Source: Candidatus Nomurabacteria bacterium | GTDB lineage: Bacteria; Patescibacteriota; Minisyncoccia; Phycocordibacterales; UBA918 | Reading direction: 5' to 3' | Length of the DNA: 64,000 bases | Assembly: GCA_020632095.1 (NCBI GenBank) | Contig: JACKGF010000001.1 | Coordinates: forward strand, 802,141 to 866,140 | In this document: one piece after another, positions 1 through 9,597 of the stretch | Numbering within the stretch: the first letter of the stretch is position 1 | Layout: each line of letters starts with the position of its first letter | The notes under the pieces: generated by a model | What the model saw: the letters and a program-made list of their open reading frames with translations, nothing else | What the model was told of the DNA's origin: nothing | Databases searched by the model: none | Program-made: the position numbers and the translations under genes

Positions 1-243
1 TTGCAAGGCTCGTTTTATGTTTCGGTAGCGTATTTCTAGCTGGGCTAACACTGCTCTTCTTTCGTTCCATTCTTCCACCGCGTCGGCTTCAACATTCTCG
101 TCAGCGTTGCCAAGCTCTTCACTGTCTGGAATAGCTACCCAGTCGTCTGAATCAGGACTGTTTACAGCAATCGTGCTTAGTTCGGCGGTAATTGATTTTA
201 ATTCAGCTTCAAGTTGAATTTGAAATTCTTCGTGTTGTGACAT
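1..243 (-). CDS. partial CDS (N-terminal 81 codons, runs off window edge): DksA/TraR-family zinc-finger protein-like
   Basis: Reverse-strand ATG at 243 gives MSQHEEFQIQLEAELKSITAEL...EEWNERRAVLAQLEIRYRNIKRALQ. This is the acidic coiled-coil typical of DksA/TraR. The C4 finger would lie outside the window. Confidence 0.4.
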   Translation of the reverse strand, partial: MSQHEEFQIQLEAELKSITAELSTIAVNSPDSDDWVAIPDSEELGNADENVEADAVEEWNERRAVLAQLEIRYRNIKRALQ

Positions 244-259
244 ATGTCGTTATTATATC

Positions 260-2053
260 TTAATTAGGAAACCCTAGTTTTACAATTTGTGAGAATTTAC
301 TTTCACTGGTGGTGATGATGACAGTGTTGTGGTTTACTATACCGTAGACAATTTGAGATCCATTTTCAGTTTTCAAGATCCTAACGTCAAAACCAGTAAT
401 TGAAACATCTTTGAATTTTGATTTGTTATCGTTCTCAACAGATAGAAGCTCTGACAAATCTTTGTTCATGGTTGCTTCCCACTTTAGCAATCCCCCTCGA
501 ACTGTGTATTCGTCAGTAAAGCCAAGAATAAGAGCTGGTTCTGATTGGTTTACGCTAACAAAATGAGCAGTGTTGATTGATTGGGTTAAGCTAGGTTCAG
601 TCTTGAACTGTAGAGACTTAAAGATGCTGGCGGAGTCTAATTCGATTCCAGATGATGGCACTACTGATATTTCTACCAATTCACCAGGAATGGTTTTCGC
701 CAATTCAGAAACTTTATCTACTAGTGAAGGATTAACATTGTTTGCAACACCTAGGTTTATTTGTTTGGCGCCCTGAAGAAGTTGTTTTTGGACTATTTCT
801 ACTTTTGGTGCGTCAGTTCCAGGCATGAAGTATTGGAATATGAATTTAACTGAGAATACAAAGGCAACTAAACCTATAACAATCATCAGGACAACAACAG
901 CTTGAGTATTTGTTTCTTGTTGTCGTAGTCTCTGGAGGAAGTTGGCAGGAGAAAGATTCTTAGTTTGGGGTTCTGGAATAGAAACTTCCAGTTCTGGTAC
1001 AGGTTCCTCATAAAAAACTTCTTCTTGCTGCTCAGGAATAAATTCCTCAGGTGTTTCAACATTGATTTCTGGCATTGCTGCAATCGGCGTATTTTCAATC
1101 TTTTGTACAGACTCCTCTTTCACTTCTGGTACTACTGCAGTTGTTACTTCTGGAACTGGTGCAGGAATTTCATCTTCCTTCACTTCTGGAGTGACTGAAG
1201 GAATAGGTGGTGTTGGGAGAGGTGTGGGTGGTTTAACATCATCAATCCTTGCTTGTTTCTTAAACTCAACCTTAATATTCGCTGGTTCGTCAGGCGCTTC
1301 AAGTAGGTTGTATCCAGTTTCAGTAAAAGGTGACCAGCTAGTTTCGGCTTCTTTTTCCTTTTCTTGTAGGCGACGACGTCGAATTTGTTCTTTTATAGTA
1401 TCATTATCGGCAGTGAATATAGTGCCGGTTTTTGAAGTAGCTTTTTGGATAACTCCTTTGCGACGATTGGTTTCTGGTACTGTATAGGTTGGAGTCTTTT
1501 TCTTTTTTCTGCGTTGATTTAACTCCTTGAACCAGGACCTAATAGAATCGATGATTGAAGGCAAAAGTTTGAAACTACTTTCTTTGGTGTCTGTAATAAT
1601 TGTGGCGCCACCACCACCTGTAAATTTCCTAATGGGTTTAATTGTTTCTATATGTCTAGTCGGAACTTTTTTTGGTTCTGAACTTTTTATTTCTGAAGTC
1701 TTGCTAGCGTGTCTTGAAACAATGTTAATTTTACGGTCGTTATTGTTGGGAGATGACGGGTGATGTTTTTTTAGCTCATGAAAAGCCGGTATAGGGTTGT
1801 GTACTGAAGGTTTTTTCTCTGGAGAGAGGTTAGGAACAGTAATCTTAGAAACTGGAACGGGATTTTTTTGCTTAGGAATCATTTCAGAAACAGTCTCTTC
1901 CAGATCCTTTTTATTGCTTAGTTCGATTGGTCTGTTTGGAATGGAATTATTTCTAACTTCCTCCACGTGAGGTTTTTTGTTGGCACGTACAGCATCTAGG
2001 TCCTTCGCAAAAGTGCGAATGTTTGAAAGGTGTTTTTGCTTAGAATCACTCAT
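260..2053 (-). CDS. hypothetical Pro/Lys-rich single-pass membrane protein (597 aa)
   Basis: Long ORF with a low-complexity Pro-rich region, one hydrophobic helix (VVVLMIVIGLVAFVFSVKFIF) and a C-terminal globular region. I recognise no family. Confidence 0.5.
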   Translation of the reverse strand: MSDSKQKHLSNIRTFAKDLDAVRANKKPHVEEVRNNSIPNRPIELSNKKDLEETVSEMIPKQKNPVPVSKITVPNLSPEKKPSVHNPIPAFHELKKHHPSSPNNNDRKINIVSRHASKTSEIKSSEPKKVPTRHIETIKPIRKFTGGGGATIITDTKESSFKLLPSIIDSIRSWFKELNQRRKKKKTPTYTVPETNRRKGVIQKATSKTGTIFTADNDTIKEQIRRRRLQEKEKEAETSWSPFTETGYNLLEAPDEPANIKVEFKKQARIDDVKPPTPLPTPPIPSVTPEVKEDEIPAPVPEVTTAVVPEVKEESVQKIENTPIAAMPEINVETPEEFIPEQQEEVFYEEPVPELEVSIPEPQTKNLSPANFLQRLRQQETNTQAVVVLMIVIGLVAFVFSVKFIFQYFMPGTDAPKVEIVQKQLLQGAKQINLGVANNVNPSLVDKVSELAKTIPGELVEISVVPSSGIELDSASIFKSLQFKTEPSLTQSINTAHFVSVNQSEPALILGFTDEYTVRGGLLKWEATMNKDLSELLSVENDNKSKFKDVSITGFDVRILKTENGSQIVYGIVNHNTVIITTSESKFSQIVKLGFPN

Positions 2054-2114
2054 TAGACTCTAGTATCGCACGATTTTCTGATTTTGTGTGCCGAGTTTTT
2101 CACTGTGTTGTGGG

Positions 2115-4244
2115 CTACTCGGGTTTGCTTGGTGGTGTCAAACCTCGTTTTTTCGCAAATTCGGGGTCAATTTGTTTAATTGAAAGGCCAATTTTGCCAT
2201 CTTCTAACTTTGAGACTAGAACAGACACCACTTCCCCTTCCTTTAAAATACCATCGACAGTTTCAATTCTGAATGGCGCAATTTCAGAAATATGAATCAA
2301 ACCTTCATTGTATGAATCTAATTTAGCAAAGGCACCAAAGGTGGCTAGACGGGTGATGGTAACATCTAGTTTATCTCCGACTTTGTAAATTTTAGTTAAT
2401 GATTTGACTCTTTCGGCTGCTAGTTCAGCTGTGCCATTTTTGCCAGTAATGAAGACAGTGCCATCATCTTCAATATTGATTTCCTCGACACCTGTGCTGT
2501 CTTTTATTTCTTTAATAGTTTTGCCTCCCCCGCCTATTACTAGCCCTATTTGTTCTGGCAGGATTTGTAATACGATGATTTGTGGTGCACGCGGTGAGAT
2601 TGATTTTCTAGGGTTAGCTATTTCAGCGGTGATAACATCGATTATTTGCAATCTAGCAATACGTGCTTTCTCAAGCGCTTCGCCTAATATATGTAGTGGT
2701 ACCCCATCAACTTTTACATCCATTTGAATAGCTGTTACTCCTTCTGTGGTGCCGGCGACTTTGAAATCCATGTCACCAAATTCATCTTCTGGTCCTTGGA
2801 TATCAGTCAAGAGAGCATATTTGTCACCTGAAATCATAACTCCTGAGGCAATGCCGGCCACTGGTCTTGTGATCGGAACTCCGCCATCCATCAAAGCGAT
2901 TGTTGATCCACAAACTGAACCCATGGAACTCGAACCATTACTGGATAGAGTTTCTGATACCAGACGAATGGTGTATGGAAAATCAGTTTTTAAAGGAATT
3001 ACCGGCACTAAAGCTTTTTCTGCTAAAGCTCCATGTCCAATCATGCGTCGGTTAAACCCTCCTACTCGACCAGTTTCTCCAACTGAGTACGGAGGGAAAT
3101 TATAATGATGGATAAAAGTTTTTTTGCTGTCGGGCTCTTCGATTGTATCTATGACTTGTGATGAGTCAGGACCAGCCAAAGTTAGGGCCGAAAAAATATG
3201 TGTGCCACCACGATAAAAAATACCGGAGCCGTGCAGAGCTGGTGAAATGTTTCCAGCCTGTGCAAACAGTTCACGTACAGCATCCATACTTCGCCCGTCC
3301 GCTCGCTTTCCTTCCTCTAATGCTCCTCGATGTAGCTCAGTGTCAATCATGTCTTCAAAAAAATCACCCGCTATAGCTTCACTTAATTCAGCTTCTTTTA
3401 TAATGGTTAAAAATTCAGACTTTAATTCATAGATATGATTTTTACCAGCACGATTGCTAAAAATTGTTTGGGAAAGTTTTGTCTTAAAATCATTTTCAAA
3501 CAAAACTAATATTTCTTTCGGAGTGGTTCGGTCGGGCTCAGCTTGTTTTTGTTTTCCGATTACGGTCACAATTTCCTCTTGCCAATTTTCTAGTTGTTGA
3601 TGAATCTCAACAGAGGCTTCGAAGGCCGAAAGAATTTCTGATTCTGAAATTTCGTAGGCAGCCGTTTCAATCATGTTGATAGTTTTGTCTTTGCCACAAA
3701 CAAATAGTTCAAAGTCGAGCTTACCTTCTTCTCTCGCTTGATAGGTTGGATTAAAAATTATTTTTTTAGTTTCTTTTTCTCTTCCAATTCTTACAGCTCC
3801 AACCGGTCCGCTCCATGGAATGTCTGAAACTGAAAGTGCAAGTGATGTTCCGATAACTGCTAGGACATCAGGATCATCCTCACCTAGAGCGAGGACTGTG
3901 ACAACAATCTGAATATCTTTTCTTCCATGGTGATTGAAGAGTGGTCGAATAGTACGGTCAACAATTCGCGCTGACAAAACAGATTCGTCGCTTGGCTTAC
4001 CTTCTCGTCTGGTGTAGCGGCTACCAAGAATTCTTCCCGCGGCATAGAATTTTTCTTCGAACTCAACTGATAATGGAAAATAATGTACGTGACTATTTTC
4101 TTTTTCACTCATGACGGCTGTTACTAAAATTACTGTCTCGCCATATTTTAAAAGTACTGAACCATTCGCATGAGCAGTAAGATCACTAAACTCTGCTGTC
4201 AAAGTTTTTCCTGCTAGCTCTAGGGTAAAGGTTTGTTTTTTCAT
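2115..4244 (-). CDS. pnp: polyribonucleotide nucleotidyltransferase (PNPase)
   Basis: 709 aa with two RNase PH domains and C-terminal KH and S1 domains. The N-terminus MKKQTFTLELAGKTLTAEF is typical. Confidence 0.95.
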   Translation of the reverse strand: MKKQTFTLELAGKTLTAEFSDLTAHANGSVLLKYGETVILVTAVMSEKENSHVHYFPLSVEFEEKFYAAGRILGSRYTRREGKPSDESVLSARIVDRTIRPLFNHHGRKDIQIVVTVLALGEDDPDVLAVIGTSLALSVSDIPWSGPVGAVRIGREKETKKIIFNPTYQAREEGKLDFELFVCGKDKTINMIETAAYEISESEILSAFEASVEIHQQLENWQEEIVTVIGKQKQAEPDRTTPKEILVLFENDFKTKLSQTIFSNRAGKNHIYELKSEFLTIIKEAELSEAIAGDFFEDMIDTELHRGALEEGKRADGRSMDAVRELFAQAGNISPALHGSGIFYRGGTHIFSALTLAGPDSSQVIDTIEEPDSKKTFIHHYNFPPYSVGETGRVGGFNRRMIGHGALAEKALVPVIPLKTDFPYTIRLVSETLSSNGSSSMGSVCGSTIALMDGGVPITRPVAGIASGVMISGDKYALLTDIQGPEDEFGDMDFKVAGTTEGVTAIQMDVKVDGVPLHILGEALEKARIARLQIIDVITAEIANPRKSISPRAPQIIVLQILPEQIGLVIGGGGKTIKEIKDSTGVEEINIEDDGTVFITGKNGTAELAAERVKSLTKIYKVGDKLDVTITRLATFGAFAKLDSYNEGLIHISEIAPFRIETVDGILKEGEVVSVLVSKLEDGKIGLSIKQIDPEFAKKRGLTPPSKPE

Positions 4245-4380
4245 TGATGATATTTTTTATGAGTTGGACACGATGAGACATTTGATAAATGTTTCAAATA
4301 TCCGGTCGTAACCAACTCGGCAAATAATGTCATGACAATACCAAACATGAAGCTAGCTTGCTAGTGCGACGAGGGTAGAG

Positions 4381-4415
4381 AAAAAGCGTGGCGACCGATG
4401 GTCGTCACGCTTTTT
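4381..4415. terminator. intrinsic terminator hairpin (bidirectional)
   Basis: aaaaagcgtggcgacc-gatg-gtcgtcacgcttttt, a GC stem flanked by A and T runs. Confidence 0.6.
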
Positions 4416-4428
4416 CTTGATTTACAGA

Positions 4429-5064
4429 TTACGCTAAGTAATCTGTATCTGTGCCAACAACGGTATTGGGTTGAGATTTAGTACTTGCCTTGGTCTTTGT
4501 GCCCTGCTTTCCGGAGGCTCTTCCGGTTGTTTTTCTGCCGACTGATTTCTTGGTTGGGCGGTAGCCAATAAGAAAATGTTTAGGGTCATCGTCCATGTCT
4601 ATAAAATCATCAACCACAGACTTTAGTCCAGATGAAGCTGAGCGGCCAAAAGTGATAACTTCCATTTGGCAGCCCTGACTTTTAATGTATTCAACCAGAG
4701 GAATAAAATCACCGTCTCCCGTCGCTAAAATAATAGCATCAACTTTTTTAGATAATTTAATAGCGTCAACTGCCATTCCTACATCCCAGTCGGCTTTCTT
4801 CGCACCACCGTAAAATATTTGTAGGTCTTTAGTTTTGATTTCGATGCCAACTTTTTCTAATGCATCAAAAAAGGCAGATTCTTCTCCTCCTTCTGTATTT
4901 ACTACGTATGAAACAGCTCTAATGAGTTTGCGGTCTTGGACAGCTGCATCAACTACTGCACCGAAGTCAACTTTCGATTTGTATAAATTTTTGGCACTGT
5001 GATACAAGTTTTGTGTATCAATGATCATTGCCACCCTTTGTTCAGGATGTCTAATTACTCCCAT
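4429..5064 (-). CDS. NYN-domain (LabA-like, PIN-like) protein
   Basis: MIIDTQNLYHS...AIILATGDGDFIPLVEYIKSQGCQMEVITFG matches NYN/COG1432. It has a Lys/Thr-rich C-terminal tail. Confidence 0.6.
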   Translation of the reverse strand: MGVIRHPEQRVAMIIDTQNLYHSAKNLYKSKVDFGAVVDAAVQDRKLIRAVSYVVNTEGGEESAFFDALEKVGIEIKTKDLQIFYGGAKKADWDVGMAVDAIKLSKKVDAIILATGDGDFIPLVEYIKSQGCQMEVITFGRSASSGLKSVVDDFIDMDDDPKHFLIGYRPTKKSVGRKTTGRASGKQGTKTKASTKSQPNTVVGTDTDYLA

Positions 5065-5172
5065 AAATTTTAATTAATATATAAATTCGTTCCCTCGTTT
5101 ATGTAAAACGTTCGTTATTAACTATACCGTGAAACAAACAATCGCTCCAGTGTGGAGCGATTGTTATGAAAC

Positions 5173-5439
5173 CTATCTTTTTAGACCTAGTTTCTTGATT
5201 AGTCCCTCGTAAGCAGTCTGACTTTTGCGCTGAAGATATTTCAGGTGCTTGCGCCGGTCGGCTACCATCTGTAGTAATCCACGTCGTGAGTGAAAGTCCT
5301 TCTTATGCTTGCGCAAGTGGTTGGACAATTCTTCAATTTTTCTGGTTAGTAGAGCCACTTGTGCTTCTGGTGATCCAGTGTCGTTGTCGTGTCGACGGGT
5401 ATTTTTTAAGGTGTTCTCAATTATTCGCTTTGATAGCAT
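5173..5439 (-). CDS. rpsO: 30S ribosomal protein S15
   Basis: 88 aa, ...[32 protein letters not shown]... Confidence 0.9.
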   Translation of the reverse strand: MLSKRIIENTLKNTRRHDNDTGSPEAQVALLTRKIEELSNHLRKHKKDFHSRRGLLQMVADRRKHLKYLQRKSQTAYEGLIKKLGLKR

Positions 5440-5621
5440 AGTTAATATTAGTTACGCAGCCTGTAGTATAGATACCCACTTTTATAATGTGGTACCACAT
5501 AGTGCGGTCGATAACCTGCGAAGGTTCTTACTATCATAGCACAAAATAAATAAAAATCAAGAGATTGTGATATGCCTTTTAGCGTGTAACAAAGGAGGTC
5601 GCTTGTTATACTAGAGGCAAT

Positions 5622-6533
5622 ATGGAACTAGAGGAACTGAAACGTCAATTTTTAGAGTACCTCGAAATCGAGCGAGGGAGGAGTGTTAAGACAGTTGAAA
5701 ATTATGATCGTTACCTCGGACGGTTTTTTAACTTTGCGAAAGTCAAAAAACCGTCCGACTTTACTGAGGAACAAATTCGCGAGTTTCGTTTGTATCTCAA
5801 TCGCCAACCCGGCACCAAAGTTGGCGGCCGAGTGGAGTCAATGAAACGACGTACCCAAAATTATTATTTGATCGCCTTGCGCGCATTTCTTAAATTTTTG
5901 CGTAAGCGCGGAGTTGAGGCATTGTCACCTGAACGAATCGAGTTGGCTAAAGTACCGGAGCGTTCACTCGATTTGATTTCAGCTGCTGAGCTGAAAAGAC
6001 TGATGGCTGCTCCAGATAAAAAAACTCTCGAAGGTAAAAGGGATAGCGCAATTTTAGAATTACTTTTTTCTACTGGTCTGCGTATTTCTGAATTGTGTGG
6101 ATTATCAATTGATGATGTAGATTTAAGTCGAGACGAATTTTCTGTCCGTGGTAAGGGAGAAAAAGTTCGAGTGGTTTTTCTCTCTGACACCGCTAGGAGC
6201 GCGCTCGAGGATTATACTAAAAGTCGTAAAGATTTAGACGACGCTATGTTTGTACGGTTAGGAAGAAAAGTTAATGATGGTGGTGATTTACGTTTGTCTC
6301 CACGAGCGGTCCAAAGATTATTAAAACGTTATGCTGCTGAAGCTGGAATCACTCGCAAGGTAACACCACATGTCATTCGTCACAGCTTTGCCACCGACTT
6401 GCTTAGTAACGGCGCTGACCTACGTTCGGTTCAAGCTTTGCTCGGTCATGCCAATATAGGCACCACTCAAGTTTATACTCACGTGACAGATAAACATTTA
6501 AGAGATATTCATAAAAAATTTCATGGCAAATAA
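5622..6533 (+). CDS. tyrosine recombinase, XerC/XerD family
   Basis: It has an N-terminal SAM-like domain and a C-terminal catalytic HVIRHSFATDLL...LGHANIGTTQVYTHV with the R-H-R-Y residues. Confidence 0.85.
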   Translation: MELEELKRQFLEYLEIERGRSVKTVENYDRYLGRFFNFAKVKKPSDFTEEQIREFRLYLNRQPGTKVGGRVESMKRRTQNYYLIALRAFLKFLRKRGVEALSPERIELAKVPERSLDLISAAELKRLMAAPDKKTLEGKRDSAILELLFSTGLRISELCGLSIDDVDLSRDEFSVRGKGEKVRVVFLSDTARSALEDYTKSRKDLDDAMFVRLGRKVNDGGDLRLSPRAVQRLLKRYAAEAGITRKVTPHVIRHSFATDLLSNGADLRSVQALLGHANIGTTQVYTHVTDKHLRDIHKKFHGK

Positions 6534-7503
6534 TTTAACTGAACAAGATAAAGAGATGGTAATCTCTAAAAAATATTTACTATACGTGTATTTAATTTTG
6601 CCAGCACTACTACTAATTTTTTTGGTCGATGTCTTTTATCTAGATTATTTGATTTTCCCCTATGTTGGTATTGAGGGATTACTCTTACCTTTATTTGTGG
6701 TGATATTTAATTTGCCACATGTTATAGCCAGCTTCTTTGGTTTTCTCGATAAGGAATATGTTAGCTATTACCGCAAACATTTGTATTTCTATCTTCCAGT
6801 TATCCTAATAGGAACAGCGCTTCTGCTGTTTGTAGACTACAAACTAGGTTTAGCTTTTTACCTAGTTAATGATGTGTGGCACGGAATAAAACAAAAAGTC
6901 GGTATCGCACTTATTTTGGGAGCAAGACCAGGGTGGCTTCACAAAGCTTGGACATTTTTACCCTTCTTCACATCTAGTGTAGCTTATATATATTTTATTG
7001 TACCAGAGGTTTTAACTGAAAAGTTGATTAATTATATCTCACCCTCCTTACTGATTAGTATGATACTTTTAGTTTTTGTGGTAATTGCTAAATTAAAGCA
7101 ATCTGCACCAGCGGTACGATCGTACATATTTTTAGTTTCCGCACTTTTTTTTCTTAACTATTTATTTATTTTGAATGGATATATATTCTTTGCAATTTTG
7201 GCGTTTCGCTTTGTTCATGATTTCAGCGCTTTTGCTTTTTACATTACTCATGATTACAATCGAAATAAAGATGGATATAAAAATTGGTTTTATAAAATGT
7301 TTTCTTCAATCGGTTTGCCAGTATTAATCATTACTCCGACTTTAGCATTTTTTATTGCTTACTTAGCACGAACAGTAACTAACGGTTTGGAGATTGGTTA
7401 CAGTATTGTGATACTGATTTGTATGACTCATTATTATCTTGAAAGTGTGATGTGGAAGAGAGATTCATTGCATAGGAAACAGATAAAAGTCTCAAGAGAT
7501 TAG
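6523..7503 (+). CDS. polytopic integral membrane protein (about 9 TM), unknown function
   Basis: Highly hydrophobic 326 aa. Its start overlaps the recombinase stop. Confidence 0.5.
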   Translation: MANNLTEQDKEMVISKKYLLYVYLILPALLLIFLVDVFYLDYLIFPYVGIEGLLLPLFVVIFNLPHVIASFFGFLDKEYVSYYRKHLYFYLPVILIGTALLLFVDYKLGLAFYLVNDVWHGIKQKVGIALILGARPGWLHKAWTFLPFFTSSVAYIYFIVPEVLTEKLINYISPSLLISMILLVFVVIAKLKQSAPAVRSYIFLVSALFFLNYLFILNGYIFFAILAFRFVHDFSAFAFYITHDYNRNKDGYKNWFYKMFSSIGLPVLIITPTLAFFIAYLARTVTNGLEIGYSIVILICMTHYYLESVMWKRDSLHRKQIKVSRD

Positions 7504-7510
7504 GATTTAA

Positions 7511-7548
7511 AAACCGGTGCAACCCTTTAAGTCGCACCGGTTTTTAAA
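7511..7548. terminator. bidirectional intrinsic terminator
   Basis: aaaaaccggtgcaaccctttaagtcgcaccggttttt. Confidence 0.65.
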
Positions 7549-7574
7549 TTTTTATTAACTTCTAAGCTACTGCG

Positions 7575-8594
7575 CTAAACTTTCCAAACTAGTTTTACAA
7601 CTTTCCAAATTCCACGCACTACCACTATTACTACTAAGAGGTATACAGCAATCCGTAGTACCCAAAGAATAAAGATTCCAAAAAAGGCTGTTAATCCAAT
7701 TAGGGTGTCGGTATATGTTTCTTTCAATCCTTCCCAAGCCTTCTCCCATTTTTGTGATTCTTTGTTTAGATAGATTGGATAAGAGCGATAGACACTTACG
7801 TAAAATTCTACTACATCAATTCTTTCCTCAAGTTCAGCTGATTGTTGGTACAGATTATTTAGTTGGTTGGTTAAATTTATTTTTCTTTGTGTCAGACTGT
7901 CTACCATGTTTAGTTTTTCTCGAATAGCCTGAGCTAAAGTAGACGCGTCTTTTTGGGTTCGAGAAAATTCAGCGATTTCATCAAATTGAGTTTCGACTTT
8001 AGATAGTGAACTTTCAACGCTTGAAAGTTGCTGGCGTAAAATATCGGTCTGACTTTGGAGTTGGGCTCGGTGTCTAGTGACCGACTCAGTGTTGCGGTTG
8101 ACCTCAACCCCCCGAAAAGCACTGAATGTACTTAGTACAGATTCAGTCTTACTTTCAGCAACATAAAAAGTTGCCTGGCAGTTGTTGAGAGATTCATTTA
8201 TCTGTTTGAAGTGAATGTCAGTACTAGATTTAAGATTTTTAACAGCACTACAAAGTTCGTCAAATTGTTTGGTACGAGCTGTGATGTCGTAGCGTGAAGT
8301 TTCATATTTTTCTAAGTCAGGAGTGAAGCTTACGTCGGGCATTGGCATAGGGCTCGGTGCGTAAAATTCAGAATCTGCAGCCACCATAGATCTTTCCATC
8401 TGACCACCACCAACCCCATTCGATACCATCGGGGCACTAAGACCATAGCTATAATTATCTATAGTTGTGTTAGAAAGACCAGTACTGACTGCAAAAAAGG
8501 AGTTTAAGAAAATTAAAACAAAGAATATTACCAATAAAACTAATAAACCAATACCGGTAAAACGAACGAAACGATTTTGTAAAAAAGGATGCAT
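7575..8594 (-). CDS. membrane-anchored coiled-coil protein (DUF4349-like architecture)
   Basis: It has an N-terminal TM helix, a central heptad-rich region and a C-terminal double TM helix. Naming the family is a guess. Confidence 0.4.
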   Translation of the reverse strand: MHPFLQNRFVRFTGIGLLVLLVIFFVLIFLNSFFAVSTGLSNTTIDNYSYGLSAPMVSNGVGGGQMERSMVAADSEFYAPSPMPMPDVSFTPDLEKYETSRYDITARTKQFDELCSAVKNLKSSTDIHFKQINESLNNCQATFYVAESKTESVLSTFSAFRGVEVNRNTESVTRHRAQLQSQTDILRQQLSSVESSLSKVETQFDEIAEFSRTQKDASTLAQAIREKLNMVDSLTQRKINLTNQLNNLYQQSAELEERIDVVEFYVSVYRSYPIYLNKESQKWEKAWEGLKETYTDTLIGLTAFFGIFILWVLRIAVYLLVVIVVVRGIWKVVKLVWKV

Positions 8595-8650
8595 ACAAAT
8601 TATGTTTAACTAATTATCATAATTGTACCACTTTGTGTTTTGAAGATATT

Positions 8651-8681
8651 AAAAAGGTGATCATACAATGATCACCTTTTT
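8651..8681. terminator. intrinsic terminator
   Basis: aaaaaggtgatcatacaatgatcaccttttt. Confidence 0.6.
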
Positions 8682-8697
8682 AGAGCTTAGGAAAATG

Positions 8698-9597
8698 TTA
8701 CTTCCCGTATATCTGTAGTACAGCCTTGGTGCCAGCTAGGTTTCTTTCCCACTCAACGCTGGTTCTGGTTTCAAGTTCGACAGTCACGGCGGGGATTCCG
8801 ATGGAGGCCAACCAACCTTCCGCATCGCCGGTGATTGGGTAGGCGTTGAAGACTGGTACGGCGCCATAGTTACCGGCGGTTGAATAGGCGCGCATCAGAG
8901 CGAGGGTTTCTGGCAGGACACCATTCTCACATTCTGAGGCATAGACATTGTTGGCTTGGCTGTGCCAAAAGACAACGGACTTAGGTTTGATAGTGGTGAC
9001 ATAATCACGTAGTGTCGCAGCTTCTGGTTCGGAAAAAGCTGAACTTCCAGCACTCACTGTCTTCCCTCGCCAGCTACTTTCGGGTGCCCACTTGCAAGCG
9101 AAGTTGCGATTGAGGTCAACGTCGCGCGAATTAAAGCGTCCGATACCACTGGAGTGCATACTATTATTTGGAATATCAGTAGCCGAGAACTTACCCTCAA
9201 GTCCAGTGGCTAGATATAACCCATCAGGATTTAGATCGGGAATAATATGAATTGTGATGTTGCTTGGAATTTGTTCTGGGTGGCTTTCTAGATAATCCGC
9301 CATGTCGTAAGCTAATAGGATACTGTTCCATTCGTAGCCACCATGCATACCACCAACAAAAAGTAGATTATCGTCACCGGTACCAAAAGTGTAGGCTTCG
9401 ATTTTACGATTTTCTACGGATGTACCGATAGTGGATTTGGTTGTAGTTGGGCTTGTTGCAACCTGGGTTTCTTTAAGGGGTTCTTCTGTAACTGGAGAGA
9501 CGGGTTCATTTGGGGCTTCAGTTTTAAGTAAGAGAATTACAACAACCAAAATAACCACTACCGCTAATACGATCGCACTAATTTTTAGTTTTGACAT
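8698..9597 (-). CDS. M14-like zinc carboxypeptidase / deacylase-fold protein, paralog 1 (membrane anchored)
   Basis: It has an N-terminal TM helix and the motifs GGMHGGYEW, DLNPDG, VDLNRNF (the NRN substrate-binding motif of M14) and FWHSQ (a candidate third Zn ligand). Confidence 0.5.
   Translation of the reverse strand: MSKLKISAIVLAVVVILVVVILLLKTEAPNEPVSPVTEEPLKETQVATSPTTTKSTIGTSVENRKIEAYTFGTGDDNLLFVGGMHGGYEWNSILLAYDMADYLESHPEQIPSNITIHIIPDLNPDGLYLATGLEGKFSATDIPNNSMHSSGIGRFNSRDVDLNRNFACKWAPESSWRGKTVSAGSSAFSEPEAATLRDYVTTIKPKSVVFWHSQANNVYASECENGVLPETLALMRAYSTAGNYGAVPVFNAYPITGDAEGWLASIGIPAVTVELETRTSVEWERNLAGTKAVLQIYGK

Noticed and set aside
2404-3432. Several 60-120-aa ORFs antisense to pnp (2404-2727, 2746-3105, 3158-3376, 3247-3432)
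   Set aside because: They are embedded in and antisense to a well-supported conserved gene, with no RBS or conservation signal. The same reasoning applies to the antisense ORFs inside the clp-like gene, cca, rny, the 470-aa ORF, and the others.
5622-6533. Tyrosine recombinase as the integrase of a mobile island
   Set aside because: The SAM-like N-terminal domain and overall similarity fit chromosomal XerC/XerD. It is not adjacent to a tRNA or attachment repeats.
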